From the NCBI GenBank assembly GCA_964607485.1, contig CAZSKP010000001.1:1-64000 (forward strand): a stretch of 64,000 nt of DNA, written 5' to 3'. Below are positions 58,604-64,000 of the stretch, in pieces (position 1 is the first letter of the stretch; every line of letters starts with the position of its first letter). The notes beneath the pieces were generated by a model that made no database searches, was not told the DNA's origin, and was given only the letters and a program-made list of their open reading frames with translations. The DNA comes from an uncultured bacterium. GTDB lineage: Bacteria; Abyssobacteria; SURF-5. Position numbers and translations under genes: made by a program.

Positions 58604-60703
58604 ATGCTTGAATCTCTACTGTACCCGCAGACGGTTGCCGTGGTCGGGGCCTCCCGTGTGCCCGGCAAGGTCGGTCACGATATTCTCGCCAACTTGATCG
58701 ACTGCGGCTTCAAGGGTCAGATCGTGCCCGTGAACCCGTTCGCCGACGAGATACGCGGCCTGGCGTGCTGCAAGGACCTGAAGACGTACGAAGGCTCCGT
58801 GGACCTCAGCGTCATCGCGGTGCCGGCGCAGGCGGTTCGAGGCGCGGTGGAAAGCTCGATACAGGCGGGTGCGAAGACTGTCTGCGTCATCACGGCGGGC
58901 TTCAAGGAGGCCTCGCCGGAGGGAGCCGAGCTCGAGGGTGAGATCGCCAGGCTCTGCTCGGCGCACGGCGCACGACTCCTCGGCCCCAACTGTCCGGGCG
59001 TGATCAACACCGACCATTTGATGAATGCGTCGATCATCCCCAACCTTCCTCGCACGGGCGGCATCTCGGTCATATCGCAATCGGGGGCGGTGTGCACCGC
59101 CATCATGGAGTGGGCGGCCCGCGGACAACTCGGCCTGGCAAAGATCGTCGGCATCGGCAACAGGGCCGACCTCACGGAGATCGAGATTCTGGACGCCCTC
59201 TCGGCGGATGAACAGACGAAGGTCATCCTCGGATATCTGGAGAGCATCAGCTCCGGAGATGAGTTCCTGAAGGTCGTCGAGACGGCCGCTTCGGTCAAAC
59301 CCGTGGTCATACTCAAGGCCGGAACAACCCAGGCGGGTATGAGGGCGGCTTCCTCGCACACGGGCAGTCTGGCCGGCTCCGACATCGCATACGGGGCCGC
59401 GTTCAACCGTGCGGGCGTCATACGAGCGGACAGTTTCGAAAAGCTCCTCGACTACGCCGCCGCGCTCGCGACACAGCCCCTGCCCGAGGGCGACCGTGTC
59501 GCGATCATCAGCAACGCGTACGGACCGGGCATCCTGGCCGCCGACGCCGTCGAGCATTCCGGCATGAAGCCGGCGGCGCTGTCGGGCGGCACATCCACCG
59601 CCGTGAGGGGGAAACTCCCCTCGAGCGTGGACAGTCCCATTGACGTCCTCGGAGACGCGGACTGCGAGCGATATCAGGCCGCGGTGAACCAGGCGCAGGA
59701 CGACGATTCGATAGATGCGGTCATCGTCATCCTGACACCCAAGGTGATGAGCAATCCGGCCGAGACGGCCCGCTGCATCGCCGGCTGCGTTCGTGGAACG
59801 AAGCCGGTGCTCGCTTGTTTTATCGGGGGCGACGCGATCATGCCGCCCCGCGACGAAATGCTCCACCTGCATCTGCCCGATTATCCCTCGCCAGAACGCG
59901 CCGTCGCAGCGTTGAAAGCTCTTCGCGAATACGCCACCTGGCGACGCCGTCCGCCGCGGGTCGTCGCGCGGTTTCCCGTTCACCGCCGTCGGGTGGAGCG
60001 GATTATCGCCCGGCACCTGAGGGCGGGGCGGCCGTATGTGAACGAGGTGAAGGCGAAGGAAATACTCCGCGCCTATGGCTTCGCGGTGCCCGAGGGACAC
60101 ATGGTCCTCAGCGCCGACGAGGCCGTCGAAGCTGCGAACAGAATCGGGTTTCCGGTCGCGGTCAAAGTGGTCTCGCCGAACATCGTCCACAAGTCCGATG
60201 TGAGCGGGATCAAGCTGGGACTCGCAGACGCGGAGAGCGTCCGCGACGCATGCGACCTGATGATTCTGAGGATTCGCCAGCGCATGCCCGACGTCGAGCT
60301 GGAGGGCGTTTACGTCGAGAAGATGTGTCCGCCCGGCCGAGAGGTGATCATCGGCATGAACCGCGACCCGCAGTTCGGGCCGATGCTGATGTTCGGGCTG
60401 GGAGGCATCTTCGTCGAAGTCATGCGGGACGTTGCGTTTCATCTTGCTCCCATTACCGCCGAGGAAGCGATGCAGATGCTTTCGGAATCCAGGTCGTACG
60501 CTCTGCTGAAAGGAACGCGCGGACAGTCTGGTGTGGACCTTGGCGCGATTGCTAACGGCTTGCAGCGCATCAGTCAGCTTGTGACCGATTTCCCGCAAAT
60601 CACCGAGCTGGACATCAGCCCGCTCATCGTGGGAGAGGTTGGCACGGAGCCCGTTGTAGCGGATGCACGGATCATTCTATCCGGGAGGGGGACCCGCCCA
60701 TGA
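58604..60703 (+). CDS. Acetate--CoA ligase (ADP-forming) family, fused alpha/beta
   Basis: VAVVGAS, LLGPNC, ISQSGA, phospho-His SHTGSLAG, ATP-grasp HKSDVSG, DPQFGP. Confidence 0.9.
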   Translation: MLESLLYPQTVAVVGASRVPGKVGHDILANLIDCGFKGQIVPVNPFADEIRGLACCKDLKTYEGSVDLSVIAVPAQAVRGAVESSIQAGAKTVCVITAGFKEASPEGAELEGEIARLCSAHGARLLGPNCPGVINTDHLMNASIIPNLPRTGGISVISQSGAVCTAIMEWAARGQLGLAKIVGIGNRADLTEIEILDALSADEQTKVILGYLESISSGDEFLKVVETAASVKPVVILKAGTTQAGMRAASSHTGSLAGSDIAYGAAFNRAGVIRADSFEKLLDYAAALATQPLPEGDRVAIISNAYGPGILAADAVEHSGMKPAALSGGTSTAVRGKLPSSVDSPIDVLGDADCERYQAAVNQAQDDDSIDAVIVILTPKVMSNPAETARCIAGCVRGTKPVLACFIGGDAIMPPRDEMLHLHLPDYPSPERAVAALKALREYATWRRRPPRVVARFPVHRRRVERIIARHLRAGRPYVNEVKAKEILRAYGFAVPEGHMVLSADEAVEAANRIGFPVAVKVVSPNIVHKSDVSGIKLGLADAESVRDACDLMILRIRQRMPDVELEGVYVEKMCPPGREVIIGMNRDPQFGPMLMFGLGGIFVEVMRDVAFHLAPITAEEAMQMLSESRSYALLKGTRGQSGVDLGAIANGLQRISQLVTDFPQITELDISPLIVGEVGTEPVVADARIILSGRGTRP

Positions 60704-62592
60704 ACGGACAGCGAAGGACGACGTGGGACCCGGACTGGCAGGAAAAGTACCGGTCCTTGATTGCCTCGCCGGAGGAGGCCGTTGAGCATATCATGCCCGG
60801 CCAGCGCGTCTTTATCGGCACGGGATGCGCACAGCCGCAGGCGCTGGTGAAGGCCCTCACGGCCCGGTCGAACGAACTCGCCGACACGGAGATCGTGCAC
60901 CTGCTGACCATCGGCGAGGCCCCGTATGCCCAAAAGGAGCTGACGGAGCACTTTCGCGTCAACAGCTTCTTCATTGCGGAAAACGTGCGCGACATAATTC
61001 AGGAGGGCCTCGGCGATTACACGCCGATATTCCTATCGGACATCCCGAAACTGTTCAGCTCGGGCCAGCTTCCGCTCGATGCGGCTCTGATACAGGTCAC
61101 GCCGCCGGACAGGATGGGAATGTGCAGCCTGGGCATCTCGGTGGACATCGTCAAGAGCGCAGCCGAAAACGCCGCGTTCGTGGTCGCCCAGGTGAATCCG
61201 CAGATGCCGCGGACGCTGGGCGACAGCTTCCTGAGCGTCAACGACCTCGACATCCTCGTGCCCGTTGATGAGCCACTCTTTGAGGTCAAGCAGGCCGAGC
61301 CCACCGAGGTGACCCGCCGCATCGGCGAATACATAGCTGCCCTGATTGAAGACGGCTCCACGGTCGAATTCGGCATCGGACGCATCCCGCAGGCGGTGCT
61401 GGAATTCTTGACAGATAAGAAAGACCTGGGCATTCACACCGAAATGTTTTCCGACGCCATCGTTGACCTCGTCGAAACGGGCGTGATCACCGGCAAGCGA
61501 AAATCCATCGACCGCGGAAAAATCGTCGCAAGCTTCTGCATGGGGAGCCGGAAGCTGTACGACTACATAGACAGCAATCCCTTCTTCTCATTCCAGCCGA
61601 CGGAATACGTGAACGACATCTTCATCATCGGGCAGCAACAGAAGATGGTGGCCATCAACGTTGCGCTGGAGATCGACCTCACCGGACAGGTGTGTTCGGA
61701 TTCGCTGGGGACGAAGTTCTTCTCCGGCATCGGCGGCCAGGTGGACTTCAATCGGGGCGCCGCCAGGTCGCCCAGCGGAAAGGCGATTATCGCGGTGCCC
61801 TCGACGGCTCGCGACGGCTCTGTTTCCCGGATCGTCGCTCACCTGAGCTCGGGCGCCGGCGTCGTGACGACGCGGGGCGACGTGCACTACGTGGTCACCG
61901 AGTACGGCATCGCCTATCTGCACGGCAAGAGCGTGCAGGACCGCGCTCTGGCGCTCATCAGCATCGCTCATCCGAATTTTCGGGCGGACCTGCTGAAGGA
62001 AGCCATCAAGGCGAAGTACGTTCGTTCGGAGCTTGCCAACGAGTTGGCCGACGCCGATGGAAAGATTCTTCTGGGCTCCCAGGACCTCCGAACGTCTCTC
62101 CTCCTCGACGACGGAACACAGGTCAATTTCAGGCCGATTCATCCGACCGACGAGCCCCGTGTGAGAGACCTCTTCTACGCGCTTTCACAGCAGGCGACGT
62201 ACTATCGCTACATGGCCCACATGAAACGGATTCCGCAGAAGCAGATGCAGGATTTCGTGTACGTCGGCCGACGGAACGACGTCGCCTTGGTCGGCACCGT
62301 TCCGGAGGCGCACGGCGACGACATCATCGCGATCGGCCGCTACTACCTCGACCCGCGAACGAACCGCGCGGAAATCGCCCTGCTCGTTCGCGACGACTGG
62401 CAGAACCGCGGCATCGGAACGTTCCTGCTCAAGTATCTCACCACCATTGCCCGGCGGAACGGAATCGGCGGCTTCATCGCCGAAGTCCTGCGTGAGAACA
62501 AGGCCGCCCAGGCGCTGCTGCAAAAGAGCGGCTTGAAGCTGCGCAGCACCCTCATCGAGGGTATCTACAGCTTCGAGCTGGATTTCGAATAG
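60700..62592 (+). CDS. Acetyl-CoA hydrolase/transferase fused to a C-terminal GNAT domain
   Basis: GIGRIP, LGIHTEM, SGIGGQVDF, VVTEYG; GNAT AEIALLVRDDWQNRGIGT. Confidence 0.9.
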   Translation: MNGQRRTTWDPDWQEKYRSLIASPEEAVEHIMPGQRVFIGTGCAQPQALVKALTARSNELADTEIVHLLTIGEAPYAQKELTEHFRVNSFFIAENVRDIIQEGLGDYTPIFLSDIPKLFSSGQLPLDAALIQVTPPDRMGMCSLGISVDIVKSAAENAAFVVAQVNPQMPRTLGDSFLSVNDLDILVPVDEPLFEVKQAEPTEVTRRIGEYIAALIEDGSTVEFGIGRIPQAVLEFLTDKKDLGIHTEMFSDAIVDLVETGVITGKRKSIDRGKIVASFCMGSRKLYDYIDSNPFFSFQPTEYVNDIFIIGQQQKMVAINVALEIDLTGQVCSDSLGTKFFSGIGGQVDFNRGAARSPSGKAIIAVPSTARDGSVSRIVAHLSSGAGVVTTRGDVHYVVTEYGIAYLHGKSVQDRALALISIAHPNFRADLLKEAIKAKYVRSELANELADADGKILLGSQDLRTSLLLDDGTQVNFRPIHPTDEPRVRDLFYALSQQATYYRYMAHMKRIPQKQMQDFVYVGRRNDVALVGTVPEAHGDDIIAIGRYYLDPRTNRAEIALLVRDDWQNRGIGTFLLKYLTTIARRNGIGGFIAEVLRENKAAQALLQKSGLKLRSTLIEGIYSFELDFE

Positions 62593-62658
62593 CGCTGCGG
62601 AGACCGCCTGCCGGCAGCTTCGTCTCCTCGCACCCCGGCGTCGTGTTCCCCGTATTCC

Positions 62659-62795
62659 TGTCAGGATTCTTTACGCCTTGTAAAGATTTCCGTCAGCGAT
62701 TCCACTGTTCTTCCTCGCCGCACAAGCAAAAAACGCCGTTTCTCAGCGCGTTTTGGCCTCGCATTTCCCCATTCCGGATTCGGCATATCTCTTGC
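62659..62795 (+). promoter_or_regulatory. Tandem enhancer-like sites plus sigma54 promoter upstream of the sensor kinase
   Basis: TGTCAGGATTCTTTACG (62659), TGTAAAGATTTCCGTCA (62679); CGGCATATCTCTTGC at 62781-62795. Confidence 0.7.
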
Positions 62796-62888
62796 TCATA
62801 GTATCTTCCGTAACTGCAAAGGCGGGAGATGAAACGTCAAGGACCCCCGAACCCGTCGAGCGAGAGAGGAGAGGACGCGAAGGTTCCC

Positions 62889-64000
62889 ATGTCATCTGCT
62901 AGCGACGAACGCAACTCCACGGGACAGGAGACGGAACAGCCCATGTCGCGTTCGGCGACTGAGGAATACTACCGTCGGCTCCGCAGGCGTCTCCAGATAG
63001 GGCTCCTCGTCGCCTTCATGGTCCCGCTGGCGATTCTCTCGTTGTACTTCCACTTTCAGTTCAACCTGACGCTGAGGGAAAGCGGGAAGCTGCACCTCGC
63101 CACCCTGGCCGAGAGCCAGCGGAATACCATAGACCTTTTCCTGCAGGAGCGCGTGGTCAACATCTTCAATCTGTTTCACGGAAGCGATTTTAGGGTGCCG
63201 CCGACGGACAGCGACATGGCGCGCTACCTGCAGCACCTGCGTGAGACGAGCGATGCGTTTGTCGATGTGGGATTCCTCGACGCCTCGGGCGTGCAGATCG
63301 GCTACCGGGGTCCGTTTCCCTACCTGCAGGGCAAGGATTACAGCAATGAGCCATGGTTCCAGGCGTTGATGCAGCAGGAACGCAATTACCACATTACCGA
63401 CATCTATCTCGGGTTCCGTCAGAAACCTCACTTCACCATCGCCGTCAGGCAGACATTCGAGGGACAGCCGTGCGTGATGCGCGCAACGCTCGACCCCGAC
63501 AAGTTCTATCTCTTTCTGCGCACCATCGGGAAGGGAAAAGTGGCGGATTCGGCGCTGATCAACCGTGAGGGCAGGTATCAGATCATCGACCCGGGACGGG
63601 GCGAATTGCTCGCCCCTTCTCCGTACATGCCGTCCGCCTCGGCCGGTTCGGGCGCAGAAGAGGTGGGGACGAACGGCGACTCTGAGCTGTTCGCCTACGC
63701 ATGGCTCACGGAAGTGCCATGGGTTCTCGTGGTTCGACAGCCTCTCAAGATCGCCTATGCAGACATGTACCGCGTCCGGCGCATCATGATTGCGACCACG
63801 GGAGTGATCGTCGTGGTTCTCATTAGCGTCACGTGGCTGACCACGAACAGGCTGCTGCGTCGGGCGGAAGCGACGGACCAGGCGCGCAAAGAGCTCAAGT
63901 CGCAGCTCTTCCACGCCGCCAAGCTGGTCGCGGCGGGCGAGCTGGCCGGCGGCGTCGCCCACGAGATCAACAACCCGCTCGCAATCATCTCAACCGAGAG
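62889..64000 (+). CDS. Cache-domain sensor histidine kinase, NtrB-type (truncated at window end; absent from the ORF track)
   Basis: Open frame from ATG 62889: TM, periplasmic domain (DYSNEPWF, TDIYLGFR), TM, AAKLVAAGELAGGVAHEINNPL. Confidence 0.88.
   Translation, partial: MSSASDERNSTGQETEQPMSRSATEEYYRRLRRRLQIGLLVAFMVPLAILSLYFHFQFNLTLRESGKLHLATLAESQRNTIDLFLQERVVNIFNLFHGSDFRVPPTDSDMARYLQHLRETSDAFVDVGFLDASGVQIGYRGPFPYLQGKDYSNEPWFQALMQQERNYHITDIYLGFRQKPHFTIAVRQTFEGQPCVMRATLDPDKFYLFLRTIGKGKVADSALINREGRYQIIDPGRGELLAPSPYMPSASAGSGAEEVGTNGDSELFAYAWLTEVPWVLVVRQPLKIAYADMYRVRRIMIATTGVIVVVLISVTWLTTNRLLRRAEATDQARKELKSQLFHAAKLVAAGELAGGVAHEINNPLAIISTE

Noticed and set aside
54902-60598. Long minus-strand ORFs (709, 500 and 660 aa)
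   Set aside because: Antisense shadows of acs, the MFS gene and the ADP-forming ligase.
62892-63962. 356-aa minus-strand ORF
   Set aside because: Shadow of the plus-strand histidine kinase, which runs off the window end.

Overview
High-GC bacterial window from a diderm organism (lpxB, lptFG) that is probably anaerobic. 1-21 kb is mostly housekeeping: polA, rho, an RlmI-like methyltransferase, a FabK-like enzyme, an acyl-CoA ligase, and ogt divergent from an MrfAB-like repair pair. 21-27.5 kb holds AT-richer inserts: orphan ORFs, a GIY-YIG gene in a palindromic repeat array, and IS3 remnants plus a GT4 after tRNA-Ala. 38.6-53.4 kb is a complete [FeFe]-hydrogenase and maturation cluster, followed by an acetate/acetyl-CoA module. 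Main results that the ORF track misses: (1) a MerB-like gene (29412-30110) with two in-frame UGA codons at both catalytic Cys positions, each followed by a GGUC-loop SECIS-like hairpin, i.e. a predicted two-selenocysteine organometallic lyase; (2) a second predicted selenoprotein of the C-GCAxxG-C-C family (9333-10313) with the same hairpin loop; (3) a GIY-YIG nuclease gene framed by perfect 30-bp inverted repeats and a tandem hairpin array, paralleling a RAYT/REP locus in the same window; (4) a conserved tandem enhancer-like motif at three loci, each paired with sigma54-type promoters; (5) a hydrogenase diaphorase subunit fused to a GltD/NfnB-like domain, plus a porin inside the maturation operon. 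All calls come from motif recognition by eye; no searches were run.
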